A DNA stretch of 64,000 nucleotides, taken from contig JABVCE010000018.1 in the NCBI GenBank assembly GCA_014905635.1, positions 186,001 through 250,000 on the forward strand. Reading direction: 5' to 3'. The notes below the pieces were generated by a model. That model ran no database searches and had not been told where the DNA came from. It saw nothing but the letters and a program-made list of their open reading frames with translations. The DNA is from Scenedesmus sp. PABB004 (taxonomy: Eukaryota). The first letter of the stretch is position 1; each line of letters begins with the position of its first letter. The position numbers and the translations under genes are program-made. Positions 1 through 20,169 of the stretch are shown here, piece after piece.

Positions 1-1102
1 TCGCGAGGCTCTTGGCCGCCGCGGCGTACGCAGGCTCACCCGAGGAACCCAGCGGGCGGCGGGGGCGGCGGCGCTGCGCCCCCGCGGCACCGCCCGCCGC
101 GCCCCGCGCCGGCTGGCCCTCCTGCTGCTTCCTGTGCGGATCGCGCTTGTGGCGCCGGCTCGCGTGGCCCGCCGCCGCCGCCGCCGGCGGCGGCGGCGGC
201 GGCTGCTGCGCCGCGCCGCGGCGCTCCGCCTCGCCCAGCTGCTGCACCGCCGCGCGCAGCTCGCTCGAGCCCGCCTCGAGGTCCGCCAGGCTCATCGCCT
301 CGCCGTCCAGGGTGACGCCGCCCGCGCCGTCGCCGGCGCCGCCCAGCTCCGCGAGCGCCTCTGCCCGCGCGTCGGCGTCCACGCCCGCGCCGTCCACCTC
401 GGCCATCAGTCCAGCGAGCGCCGCCGCCGCGTCGGCGGCGGACCGCCGCTGCGCCGGCGCGATGCCGCCGCGGGCCGCGCCGCGCAGCGCGGGCGCGCCG
501 CCGTCGCCGTCAAACGCGACTGGGATGTCGCGCGGCGCCGCGGCGCCGGCCGCCGCGGCGCCGGCCGCCGCGCCGCCTGCGCCGCCCTCGGGCGCGCGCC
601 GCTGCGCGCCGGCGGCCGCGGCGGGCGCCGCGCGGCGGCCAAACAGCTCCTCGCTGTCGTCGAGGCGCTGCTGCAGCTCGGCGGCGGGGCTCAGGCCCGC
701 GCCGTCGCCGCCGGCCCAGCGCGCGGCCTGCTCGTCGGCCCAGGCAGCGGGCGCGGCGGCCTCCACGCCACCCGCCGCAGTGGCAGCCGGGGCGGCGCCG
801 CCGGCGCGGGCCGGGCTGGCGGGCGCGTCGTCGCCGTCCGACACCGCGGTGGTGGCGTGCGGCAGCCCGCCGCCCTGGGCCTGCCTGCGCGCGTCGCCGG
901 CGTCTGCCGACTGCAGCGCCGCGCTCATCAGCTCGTCGAGAGACGACAGCGGGGCGCCGCGCAGCTCGCCGCCGCCCTGGTGCTGCCTGTGCTTGTGCCG
1001 CAGCTGGTGGTGGCCGTGGCCCTTGGCCTTGCCCCGCTTGTGCGCGACCGCCCTGCGCAGCTCGCTCTCCACGCCACCTTGCTGCTGCTGTTGCTGCTGC
1101 GC

Positions 1103-1133
<31 letters not shown>

Positions 1134-1805
1134 GCCTGCAGCGCCTGCTGCTGCGCCTGCCTGCGGCGCTCCTGCTCCGCCGCCTCTGCCTCCAGCCGGC
1201 GCGCCTGCGCCATCTGCTGCTCCCGGGCCCGTGCCGCCTCCTGCCGTGCCGCTGCCGCCTCCTGGGCTGCCGCCGCCTCCCGCCGTGCCGCCTCCTGTGC
1301 CGCGGCCGCCTCCCGCCGGGCCACCTCCTGCCGCGCGGCCTCCTGCGCCGCCGCGGCCGCCTCCTGCGCCGCCGCCGCCTCCTGCGCCGCCTCCTCGTCT
1401 GCAACAATGTTTCGATACCAGTCCGCCGCCCGCGCGCCGCCGAGCAGCGCGAGCGCCTTCACGCAGCTGACCAGCGCCTCGCGCGCCGCGGCCGCGCCGT
1501 CGTCGTCGCCGCCGCCGCCGCCCGCCGGCAGGCCCGCGGCGGCGCGGCGCGCCGCGGCGCTGCCGCTGCCGATGGCGGCCGCGAGCTGCTCGAGGCGCGC
1601 CTCGGCGCGCGCCGTCCACTCGCGCCCCGGCGCCGCGCGCATGAGCATCAGCGCGCTCGCGAGGCGCTCCAGGTCGGGCAGCGACGCCGCGGGCAGCAGC
1701 TCCCCGGCAGCCGCGACCGCCAGGCGCAGCCAAGCCTCGCCCGGATTGAGCCCCAGCACAGCGAGGCTGTGCAGCAGCTCGCCCAGCTGGCGGGGGCCAA
1801 AGCTC

Positions 1806-1839
<34 letters not shown>

Positions 1840-3369
1840 GCTGCAGCTGCGCCTGCAGGAGCGCCCGCGCGCGCGCCAGCGCGGCGGTGACGAGGTCGCG
1901 GCTGTACAACCCCAGCTCAGCACAGCTGCTGACCAGCCCCGCCACGCTCGCGGCGTCGGCGGCGCCGACGCGGCCCCGCGCCAGCTCAAACAGCTCGCCC
2001 GCGGCGGCCTCAACCTCCGCTGCCGAGCCCGCGCAGCCATCGCGCTGCAGCTCGCCGAGGCGGTGGCCCACGAGCGCGAGGTGCGCGGGGCCTAGCAGCT
2101 CGCCGTAGCGCGCCAGGACCGCGCCGAGCAGCGCGGCGCCGGCGCGGCGGCCGCCGCCGCCCGGGCGCGCCGCGTCGGCGGCGCGGTCGATCTCACGCGC
2201 CAGGAAGCCTCCGATGTGCCGCTCATCCATGCCGGGCGGCACAGAGCCCTGCAGCGCGGTCGCGGGGCGCGGGCGGGGCGCGGCGCGCGGTCAGCGCTCC
2301 CCGCAGAGGGGACGTGACCACCCACGCGCCGCCCGCGAGCGCCGCCGCGGCGCCCCACCTGCTCCAGCGCCGAGCGCAGCGCACGGTCGTGCCACTCGGA
2401 TGCGAGCTCGGGCGAGAGCTGGCCCAGCTGGCGCGCCGCGCTGCGCAGGCTGCGTGGGTCCGCCGCCGCCGCCTGCTCGCGCTTCGCCTGCGCCGCCGCC
2501 TGCGCCTGCGCCGCCGCCTGCGCCGCCGCCTGCGCCTGCGCCGCCTGCGCGCGCTCGCGCTCGCGCTGCGCCTGTGCCTGCACGGCGCCGCCGCCGGGGC
2601 CGCCGGGGCCGCGGCGCATGGCGGGGATGTCCAGCAGCCGGCGGATCTCTTCGGCAGACATGCCCGACTCGTCCAGCCCCGCCAGCGCCGAGAGAACAGA
2701 GTTGAGCGCCTGCGGCGTCAGCCGCCCCCGCTGCGCCGCCGCCGCGTCCGCGAGCTGCCGCAGCAGCTCGCGCCGCTCCGCCGCCTTGGCGGCGTCCGCC
2801 GCGCGCTGCGCCTGCTGCGCCTGCTGCGCCTGCTGCGCCTGCTGCGCCTGCTGCGCGCGCTGCCGCGCCTCCGCGGCCTGCAGGCGCGACAGCGCGTCCG
2901 CGGTCGCGCCGAGCGCCTGCGGGCCGAGCTGCGCGCTCGCGCCGAGCGCGCGCCCGCGGCGCAGCAGCCACTCCAGGAGCTCCTCCACCTGCGCCGCCTC
3001 GCCCGCGGCGAGCGGCCGCGCTGCGAGCAGCTGCTCGAGGCGCGTGAGCGCGTGGCTCACGTTGCTGGCGGACAGCGTCGGGCCGTACGCGGCCACGATG
3101 TCGGCGAGGCGCCGCCAGTCGCGCGCGCCCGCGATCGCCCGCGAGAGCAGCAGCGCCTGGCCGCGCGGGTCGGGCCCGCCCCCGCCGCCGCCGTAGAGCG
3201 CGGCAGCCGGGCGCAGGGCGCGATGGTGCCGGTGCGCCGCACGCACGAGGCCGCCGGCGCGTGGCCGCCAGCCGCTGCACGGCGCCAGCGCAGCGTGCGG
3301 CCGCCGCTGCTGCCGCGCCGCCGCAGCGGCGCCGCTCGCGCCGGCGCGGCCGCAGAGCGCGGCGTGCAT
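1..3369 (-). CDS. Plastid-targeted helical-repeat (OPR/RAP-family-like) RNA-binding protein; 3' end runs off the window
   Basis: ATG at 3369 starts an Ala/Arg/Ser-rich transit-like peptide, followed by 'SRAIAGARDWRRLADIVAAYGPTLSASNVSHALTRL'. A GT-AG intron lies at 2358-2249. Exon 2 contains 'LLHSLAVLGLNPGEAWL' and 'MRAAPGREW' (PxxxW OPR-like motifs) and stays open to position 1. Confidence 0.6.
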
Positions 3370-3662
3370 GGCGCTCGTCGCAGGCGCGGGCGTCGCGGTG
3401 GGAGCGGGGCCGTGTGAGCGCGCAGCGCGTGCGGTGTGCCCGCGTGGCAGCAGCAGTCGGCGCGTGGATGCGTCGCGCAGCGCCAGCGAGGCTGTGATGA
3501 CCGTGCGAGTGCGCCGGCAGCGGCACGGCGCATCCAGCGCGGTGCACCGCGGCCAAAGACCGCGGCCGACGCTTCGGGAGCAGCCTGGAGCCTCCTGCTC
3601 TGCGCAGCCCCCGCGCTCGGCCACTCGTTGCGTCGCCCAGGGCGCCACGCCGCTCCCCGGCG

Positions 3663-3706
3663 ATGGCCGAGCAGCAGCACGCGTCGCCGCCGCCGCCGCC
3701 GCCGAC

Positions 3707-3739
<33 letters not shown>

Positions 3740-4016
3740 GGCCGCCGCCGCGGCGGGGGGCGGGGCCCTGCCGCCCTTCCTGGCCGCCCAGGGCGCCGCG
3801 ACGGCGGCAGCCGCGAGCGCGGCGCTGCGCGAGCACGCGGCCGCCTGCCTCGCGCGCCACTTTGCGGGCGACGCGCCGCTCGGGCGCGGCCCCGTGGCGC
3901 AGGCGGAGCTCGAGTCGCCGGCGGGCCCGGTCAAGGCTGCGGCGGAGCACCCGCTGCTGGCGTTCCTGGCCACGCCGCGGCTGCCGCCGGAGCTCGCGCA
4001 GTTCCTCGAGCGCTGA
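3663..4016 (+). CDS. Small intronless hypothetical protein (117 aa); candidate upstream cistron of FRA10AC1
   Basis: ATG-to-TGA ORF with G/C-ending codons and a non-repetitive C-terminus (ACLARHFAGDAPL...HPLLAFLATPRLPPELAQFLER). It stops 63 nt before the FRA10AC1 ATG. Confidence 0.6.
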
Positions 4017-4079
4017 GCGGTCGCAACGGTCAGGCGCAGCCAGGCGCAGCCAGCCCGGTCCGAGCGACCCTCCCAAGCA

Positions 4080-5022
4080 ATGGCGGGCTTTGGCGCGGTG
4101 CGCGGCGAGGTGTACGACCGCGTGAGCCGCAGCCAGTACTACCGGGACAACCTCGCCGGCCTCACCGCGCACGAGCGCCACCGCCGCCTGCTCTCGGAGC
4201 TCCCCGGCGGCGGTGCGCGCCGCGCCACGGCGCGCCCGCGCCCGCGCCGCGCCGCGCCGCCCGCGCGCCGCGCCGCGCCGCGCCGCGCCCACCCGGCCGC
4301 CGCGCCGCGCGCCGCAGCCGGCGCCGCCGGCGGCGCCGCCGACCCGGCCGCCGCACTCGCGGCGACGGTGAGCGACGAAGACGCGCTACGAGCGCACCAC
4401 CGCTTCCTGCGCGGCCCCGCGGACGAGGCGGGCGAGGACGCGCGCGCGTGGGGCGCGCGCCTGGCGCGGCGCTACTACGCGCGGCTCTTCAAGGAGTACG
4501 CCATCGCCGACCTCAGCCGGTGCGCGCCGCCGCCCCGCACAGCCGCGCAGCGCGCTGCGGGCGTCGCGCGTAGCCGCGCAGCGGGCACGCCAGGGCCGCG
4601 CGCCGACCGCGCCGCGCCGCGCGCCGCGCGCCGCGCAGCCACGCCGAGGGCCGCATCGGGCTGCGCTGGCGCACCGTGGCGGAGGTGCGCTCCGGGAAGG
4701 GTCAGTTTGTGTGCGGCGCGCGCGGCTGCGCCGCTGTGGGCGGGCTCTCGGCGTTCGAGGTCAACTTTGCCTACGCCGAGGCGGGCCAGGCCAAGCAGGC
4801 GCTGGTTAAGGTCCGCCTGTGCGCCGACTGCGCGGCCAAGCTCAACCACGGGCGCGGCGGCGCGGCGTACAGGCCCGTGGCCGAGGGCGCCCGCGGCGGC
4901 GGCGCCGCGAGCAGCAGCGGCAGCGACGGCGAGCGGCGGCGGCGGCGCCGGCGGCGCGACGGCGGCGGCAGCGGCGGCAAGGACCGCAAGCGCCGCCGCC
5001 GCGGCGGCGCCAGCGACGGCAG

Positions 5023-5059
<37 letters not shown>

Positions 5060-5214
5060 GAGGAGGGAGGGCGGGAGGGCGGGAGGGCGGCGGGCGGAGC
5101 GGCAGCCAGCAGGGGCGGCGGCGGCGCGGCGGCGGCGGCGCGGCCGAGCGCGAGCTGAGTGAGCGCGACATCGATGCCTGGCTGGACCGCGAGTTTGGGG
5201 CGGGCCGCGCATGA
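4080..5214 (+). CDS. FRA10AC1: FRA10AC1 (folate-sensitive fragile site protein, spliceosome-associated) homolog
   Basis: Family motifs AHHRFLR, WGARLARRYYARLFKEYAIADLSR, GLRWRTVAEVRSGKGQFVCG and FEVNFAYAEAGQAKQALVKVRLCADCAAKLN. Introns at about 4213-4317 and 4520-4638. The acidic tail DIDAWLDREF needs a frame correction near 5065-5088. Confidence 0.92.
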
Positions 5215-5892
5215 CTCGAGGCTGCGGCGTGGGGCGCCCTGCCGTTGACTCTGTGTGAGGCACGGGCCGGCGCGCTGGCACCGGACGGTCCAAGGGCCAC
5301 AACAGTTACGAGCGCCGTCACGGCAGCGCGCGCGGCGCCGCACAGATCCGCTTTCGCGGCCCCTCGCCGGGGCACAGGCCCCGTTCGTCTCTCGCCGCAG
5401 CTGTTCCGGGGGGCCGCCACCCGCTCAGCCACCCGCATATCGCCGGCCGCGCAGCGGCGGCCCTCCCGCAGGCAGCACGCCGCGCGCGCGGCCTCGCGGC
5501 GGCTGCTGCTGGCGCGCCGCCCGCGGCCGCTGGCGGCCTCGATTATGTGCAAGACGTCTGTATGTGAGGCAAGAGGCATGAAATCAGACGCAGTTGAGTG
5601 ATCATTTCGCGGCACGAGTGATTCGTTGCGTTGGTCGCGCCGGCACCCCCCCCCTCTCCCTGTGCTGCCTGCTGCGCGCGCCGCCGGGCGCAGCATCGCC
5701 GGCCCCCGTGCACGGTGTGCGAGGGATCGTGGCCGCGCCTGTGTGCGCCGCCGCATCCCTCAAGGCACGCCCCTGATGCTGGGCGCATCAGTCGGGGCCC
5801 CCAATGCTGCACCCGGCCGGCCCTCGCGCTCCCGCCTGCTTCTGCCCCAGCCCCGCCCGCCCAGCCCCGTGCGCGGCGCGGCCGCCAGGGGA

Positions 5893-6900
5893 TCACACCG
5901 CGTGCTCGCCGTTGGGCGTGGCGGGGCGGCTGGTGTTGGGCGTCGTCTGCGACGGCGCCTTCTTGACCGGCAGGGCCGCTGCGGCGAGCGGGCGCGGCGG
6001 GGCGGCGCGTCGGCACGCCGCGCAGCTGGCGCGGCGCCGGCGGACGCAACCGGCAACCCCACGGCGGGCGCGCGCGTGAGCGATCCCCGCGCGCGCGCGC
6101 GCGCACCCGCGGCGTCGGCGGGCGCCGCCTCCCGCAGCGCGGCGAGCTGGTCGCGCAGGTCGAGCGCGGCGAGCACCGCGGTGACGGCGTACAGCACCCA
6201 GAGCAGGAAGCCCATGCCCACGGTCGCGTTCCAGGCCATGCAGAGCGAGCTCGACTTGCACTTGCCCCACGACGCGAGGCTGCTGCCCATCGCGAGGAAG
6301 AAGACCGACCAGATGCTGCTCAGCACGAGGTCGACGAGGCCGGGCAGGTCGCTGCGCGGCGCGCGGGCGCGGGCGCGGGGCGGCGCGGGCGTGAGCGAGC
6401 GCGCGCGGCGTCACCAGCGCGCGCGCGCGACAGCAGCGGCGGCCGGCGCGGCGCCCAGCGCCGCGGAGCACGGCGCGTGCGGCGCGGCGCGGGCGGCCCG
6501 GGGGCTCACTCGGCCAGCTTGGGCGTCAGGCGCGGCGCGAAGAGCAGGAAGGAGGAGAGCAGCAGGCCGCTGAGGCTGATGAAGATGGCAAAGTTGACGC
6601 TCTGCAGGATCATGTACACCTGGAAGGTCCCGAACTTGAACGGCGCCCACGTGCGGGCCCAGTGGGCGGAGCAGGCCAGGGTGATGAGGCAGAACGCGAT
6701 CTGCGGCGCGCCGGCGGGCGGGGCGGGGGTCGGCATCATCGTGGTGCTGCTCCCCAACGACCAGGGCACCGCCCGCTGGCGCCGCGCCGCCAGCGGCCCC
6801 GCCCACGGCGCCGCAAACACACCTGCAGCACCCTGACCACGAACGCGATGAGCGGGCGCGGCTTGGGCGCCGGCTTCGCTGGCTTGGCCGGGGCGTCCAT
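5893..6900 (-). CDS. Four-TM MARVEL-like membrane protein
   Basis: The spliced product has four hydrophobic segments (FVVRVLQIAFCLITLAC; VNFAIFISLSGLLLSSFLL; VDLVLSSIWSVFFLAMG; WNATVGMGFLLWVLYAVTAV) and a Cys pair between TM3 and TM4 (CKSSSLC), typical of MARVEL proteins. Confidence 0.7.
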
Positions 6901-8211
6901 GGCGTGGCGGCCCGCTGGCGGCGACCGAGGGCGCTGCGCCGCCTGCTGCGGTGGCGGACGGGTGCGACGCCGCCGGTGCGACGATCGCCGCGGCGCGAGG
7001 GGGCGGGAGCGCGCGGTGAGCCGGCGCGGTGCGCTGGTGGGCGCGGCGCGGGGGGCGCTGGGCGGCGGGGAGCGGGCTTGATGGAGGGCTGCTGGTGGTG
7101 GTGGCGTCGGCGGGGCGGGCGGGAGCGATTGGCGCGCGCGGCGAGCGCGACGGGGCACAGCAGGCTCGGGGCCTCGTGCAACGACGCGGGCGGTTGGCGC
7201 GCGCGGGCGCGAGCGGCGTCGCGTTCGGGTTCTAAAAACCGAAAAGCGTGCGCTCGCGCCGCGCCGCGCGCGTGTCACTCGGCGGCGGCGAGCGAGCGCC
7301 GCCACGCTGGACTCGCGGCGGCGCCAACCACCCCTCGCGCTCCACCCCGCGCCGCGCCCTCGCCGGAGAACGTCCAGGGCGTCAGCCCGAGCTGGTCTGG
7401 CGTGCTGCCTGGCCGGCTGGGGCACCGGCGGCGCTGCAGTGTCCGTGGCGGCCCGCGCTGCGCGCTGCACGTTGCGCGCGTCTCCCGGGCAAGAGTGCTC
7501 AGGCCGCTCGCGAGGCCGGTCGGCAACCAGGAGGCAAGGAAATTGGTAACACGCGGTGCAGAGGCCGCTGCTGCAGCATGAAATCGCCTCGCCCGCACGC
7601 ACCCTGGTTGCTCGCGCCGCCGCCGCCGCAGGCGATCAAGCCGCGCTGCAGGTGAGCCGGCCGGCGCCGCCCCGCCGGCGCCGCGCCTGCAGCTGGCCCC
7701 CGCCCCCAGCGCGCGCGGCGGCGCAGGCCGCAGGCGCCGCGCGTGTCCCATCGCATGTGCATGTGTTGGTGGGTGAGCAGAGCAACGTGCGCGGCGGGCC
7801 GCCGCGCCGCGCGGCTGCGCGCCAGGACGCGCGCCGGCCGCCGCCGCCGACAGTGATGCGCCCAGCGAGCCGCCGCATACATTGAAATGGCGCGCCGCCC
7901 GCCCCGCTGCTGCTGCTGCGCGCGCCACGTGGCCGCGGCCCCCTCTGCCGGCCGGCGCGCACGCGCGCGGCAGCCGGGGCGGGCGCCGCCGCTCCGCAGC
8001 GCCGCCAGCGACCGCGGGCGCCCGTGCCGCTCCGGCCCTGGTTTTGATGCAAGCCCTCCTCCCCTCCTGCCCTCGCTACGCTAAAGAACAGCCCCCGCCC
8101 CACCCCCGCCCCCGCCCGGGCGTGCGGCCGGCCTGCTGCGCGCTGCAGCCGCCGCCGCCGCCGGCGCCGCGCTCACGCACCGCGCTCACATGACGCGCTC
8201 AGGCGACGCGC

Positions 8212-8951
8212 TCACATGACGCGCGCGGACGTGTTGGTCGCGGTGCTCATGGGGCTGCCGCTGCTGAGGCTCGCCGCGCGGTCGCCAAACGTGTTGGCCT
8301 TGTCGAGGCACTCGGCCAGGCGCTGCACGCCGGACACAATCTCGGCGGCGTCCGGCGCGACCTGCGCGCGCGCGCGGGCGTGTGAGCGGGCGGGCGAGCG
8401 CCGCCGCCGGCGCCGCGGCGGGCGCCCGCGCTGCGCGCTGCTGAGCGGCGCGCGCGTGCGCGTGCGGTCCGCCGCGGCGCACCTCCTTGGGCAGCTCCGG
8501 GAAGACGCGGGGCAGGTTGGCGGGGTTGGTGCCGACGCTCGTGTGCAGCGCGAGCGCGGCGCGGCAGAGCACAAAGCGCAGCACGAGCCGCCGCAGCAGC
8601 GCGTCGCGGAAGACCACGCTCCACGGCGACTTGGGCGCGCCGGGCGCCTGGAACGCGCGCAGCACGAGCGCGGCCCACTCGCCCATGACCGTGTTCAGCG
8701 TCGCCTGCAGGTCCACGAGCTGCTGGATGCTCGGGTCGGTGTTGCCCGCCGCGAGGCAAAAGCCCATGAGCGGCCCGCTGAGGAACATGGTCAGCAGGTT
8801 GCCCGCCTTGCCCGCCTCGCCGAGCTCGTACGGCCGCTGCGTCGGCGACATGAGGCAGAACGCCTGCTGCCCGATCTCGCAGCCCTGCGGCGCGGCGGCG
8901 GCGGCGGCGGCGGTCGTGCGGCGGTGCGTGAAGCGCGAGCGCGTGGGGCGC

Positions 8952-9016
<65 letters not shown>

Positions 9017-11275
9017 GGCGCGCACGTGGAGGCGCGCAAAGGCGGCGCTGTTGTCGCTGTCGACGACGAGGAAGAGGCTGCGGCGCGTGAGGTGCACGAG
9101 GTCCTCCGGCAGCAGGTACGCGTCGGCGGCGTCGACGCCGCTGCTGAACGCGCTGCTGCCGAGCCCGCCCGCCTTGACCGGCCCCAGGTGCACGCCCTCG
9201 CCGTTGAAGCCGGTCCCGGACACGGTCAGCGCCGACATGCTCGGCACGCTCACGTCGCTCATGCTGTCCGGGTGCGGCGAGTCGGCGCTGTCGGCGGGGC
9301 CGATCTCGCTCGTGAGGCAGCTCGTCGACGGGAACGCGCCGCCCTTGGCGAGGTCGGGGCGGCTGCTGCTGGCGCTGATGTAAAGCAGCATGATCGACTC
9401 CTGGGGAGCGAGAGGGTGTGAGAGTGAGGGAGCGAGCGAGAGAGCGAGAGAGATGGAGAGCGTGAGCATAAAGAGAGTGGGCGCGAGCGTGAGCGCGAGC
9501 GTGCGCGCCCGCGCTGCCAGCCAGCCGGGGGTCCGCCCGCGCTGCCAGCCAGCGCGGGTCACCTTTGGCATGACCTCCATGGTGGTGGTCAGGATGGACA
9601 GCAGCTGCATCGACGTCGGCCGGTACACAAGGTGCTTCGCAGGGTTCTCCATCACCGGCTTGCCGCCTGCGCGGCGGCGGCGCCGCACACACGCGGCGCG
9701 GCGGCCGCGGCGTCGGGCGCGGCCCGCCGCGCGCGCCGCCGGCCGCCCGCCGCGCTGCGCACTCCCGCGTGCCCGCCGCGCCGCGCGCGCGCGGGCACGC
9801 ACCCGGCTCGCCCGGCAGGCCGTTGGCCTCCTTGGCCTTGTCCGACAGCGACTTGCTGCTCGCGCTCTTGCCCAGCGGCATGGGGTGCTCCTGCGCCGGC
9901 GGGTTGGGGCTGCTGTACTGGTCCTCCCACTCCAGCGCCTGCAGCATGCGGAAGCTGTCCAGCGGCAGCTCCGCGATCTTGACCTGCGCACGCGCACGCG
10001 CGGGCGCAGGCTGAGCGCGCGCCGGCGCCGCCGCTGCTTGCCGCACGCGCGCCGGCCGGCCGGCCTCCCGGCGTCCTCCCGCGCGCGCCGCCGCCGCCGC
10101 CGCAGCTGCCGCTGCCAAAGCCGCCCAGCGCGCCTGGCGGGTGTAGTAGGAGACCAGGATCGCGTCGTGCAGCAGCATCTTGTGCGGGTGCGCCTTGACC
10201 TCGGCCTGGTTGAGCGCCGCGCGCAGCGAGAGCCGGAACGGCACGTTGCTGCCCGGGCTGCGCGGCACGGGCATCGCGACGTCGGCGTGCAGGAAGTTGG
10301 TGACCTCCTGGATCACGCTGCGCCACTCGGCCGCGTCCGGGGGGCTGTACTTCATGATGTACGCGCTTATGAGCGCCTGAAACTCCTGCAGCAGCTGCCA
10401 CACCTCCTGCGCGCGCGGCCGCGGCAGGCAGGCGCGCGGGGCGCGCGGGGCGCGCGTCGGCGCGGGGCCGCTGCCGCCGCTGCGCGCTGCTGCCGCCGCC
10501 GCCGCGCGCTGCTGCCGCCGCCGCGCGCCGCCGCGGCCGCGCGCCTCGCGGCGGTTGAGCAGGAGGCAGATGATGATGAAGCGCGCAAAGTAGCGGAGCT
10601 GCTTGATCGCGAGGTTGGGGTCGGTCGCGCTCTGCGCAAAGTAGGCGCGCGAGCGGATGGCCTCGTAAAAGACGTAGCTCTCGTGCAGGAAGCGGATCTC
10701 GCTCGCGCGCAGGTAGTAGTTGTAGTAGAGCTGCCCGATCTTGCTCGCGATGTCCCCAATCTCCCACCGCTCCATGCCGCGGCTCGTCAGCACCTCCCTG
10801 CGGCGCGGCAGCGGCGGCGGCGCGGGGCGGCGGCGGCGGCGGCGGCGCGGGGCGTGGGCCGCGGCGCGGCGCCGTGCCGTGCCGCGCTGCGCGCGAGGCG
10901 CCCGCCGCCAGCTGCTTGTGCAGCTCGCCCGCCAGCCGGCGTGGCCGCTGCCGCCGTCGCTGCGGCTGCTGCCGTCGCTGCTGCCACTCCCGCTGCTGCT
11001 GCTGCTGCTCCCGCTCCCGCTGCTGCTGCTGCTGCCAGCGCTGCCGCTGCCGGCGCCCCGCTCGCCGCCGCGCCCGCGCGACCACTCGTGCCCTGCCCTC
11101 CGCACCTGTTCTCCTGCTGGAACTTCCAGAGCTTTGAGTATATGTGGAACGCCTTGTGGAAGTGGTGCTCCCAGCGCGAGTTGCCATACGGCGGCAGGTC
11201 GCGCAGGCGGTTGAAGGAGCGCTGGCTCTTCTCCAGCAGGAACTCAAACTCCTTGAATATCTCCCGGGAGCTCAT
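8212..11275 (-). CDS. SCAI: Protein SCAI homolog (DUF3550), multi-exon
   Basis: Motifs LLEKSQRSFNRLRDLPPYG, YSKLWKFQQENR, RWEIGDIASKIGQLYYNYYLR, LRYFARFIIICLLLNR, ELPLDSFRMLQALEWE, NPAKHLVYRPT and LFLVVDSDNS. Confidence 0.93.
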
Positions 11276-12156
11276 GGCGTGCGGCACCTCGGCGCCTGCG
11301 CGGGCGGGCGCGGCAGCAGCAGCTCGGCCCACCACGCCGCTGCTGCGGCCCCGCGCCAGCCCGCCACGGGGACAGCGGCCCGTCATCGCGACGCCGCGCC
11401 TCGTGCCGCGCCCGCCAGGCGGGGCGAGGCGGGCGGCGCGACAGCCCGCGCTGCGCAAACGACCGCGCCCCGACGTCGCCCCGCGCCGCCTGGCGTTACG
11501 CGTGGCGCCCGATGCCGAGGCTGGCTGGCCGAGGCAATGCGGCCCCCGCCCGCGGCCCCTCCGCCGCGCTGCGCCAGCAGTTAGCGACCCCATCTCGGGC
11601 TGCCCCGCGCCCTGGGGCCGCCTGCACCCGCTGCGCCCCCGCCTCCGCCGCCAGGCTCGCCAGACCGCGCTCCCGGGCCGCCAGCCCCGCACCTTGCGCC
11701 CGCTGGGAGAGGTGGGCTGCAGGTGCTCCTCAGGCGCCGCGCTGCATGGCGCTGCGCCCCCGCGTCGAGCTCCAGGCACTCCCGCTGGGCGCACTGCGCT
11801 GGACGCTCGGCGGCCGCGGCCTGGTGGCGTGCGGGCGCGGCGCTGGTTGCTGCCCGGCCGAGGTGGGCCGCGCGGGCGTGGAGCGGTGTGCGAGCGGTCC
11901 CGCGCGTGGGTGTGCGAGTGTGGGCGAGCGCGAGAGCGCGGGGGCCGGCCTGCTGCCACGGCGGCGGCGGCGCGCCGACGGCGGGCCGCTGCGGCGCAGC
12001 GCAGAAGCGCCGCAACCGCCGCGGGCCGCCGGGGGCCGGCGAGTTTGGTTGCAGCACACTTTCAGCACACTTTCGCCGCCGCCGCCGCCGGCCGCGGGCT
12101 GCCGCGGGCGCGCGTCGGGCGCGCGGACGAGAGGCGCGCGGGCGCGGCGGCCAGGC

Positions 12157-12202
<46 letters not shown>

Positions 12203-12381
12203 GCCGCGCGCCAACAATACGGATCAACGCCCGCCCCAACCGCCTGCGCTCGCTCTGCCCGGCCGCCCCGCCCGCCGCTCTGCACACACGCGCGCCCACA
12301 GCCCGAGCGGGGGCGCAGCACATCTACAGCCCGCCCGGCAAGGAAAAGGCCGGCGCCGCGCGCTGCGCCGCACGCCGCCGC

Positions 12382-20169
<7,788 letters not shown>

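Noticed and set aside
12..2108. 698-aa plus-strand ORF, and many similar long Arg/Ala/Pro/Cys-rich ORFs (e.g. 9390-12398, 36616-39186, 43790-45853)
   Set aside because: Shadow frames antisense to real genes. Stop codons are rare at this GC content and no domains are recognisable.
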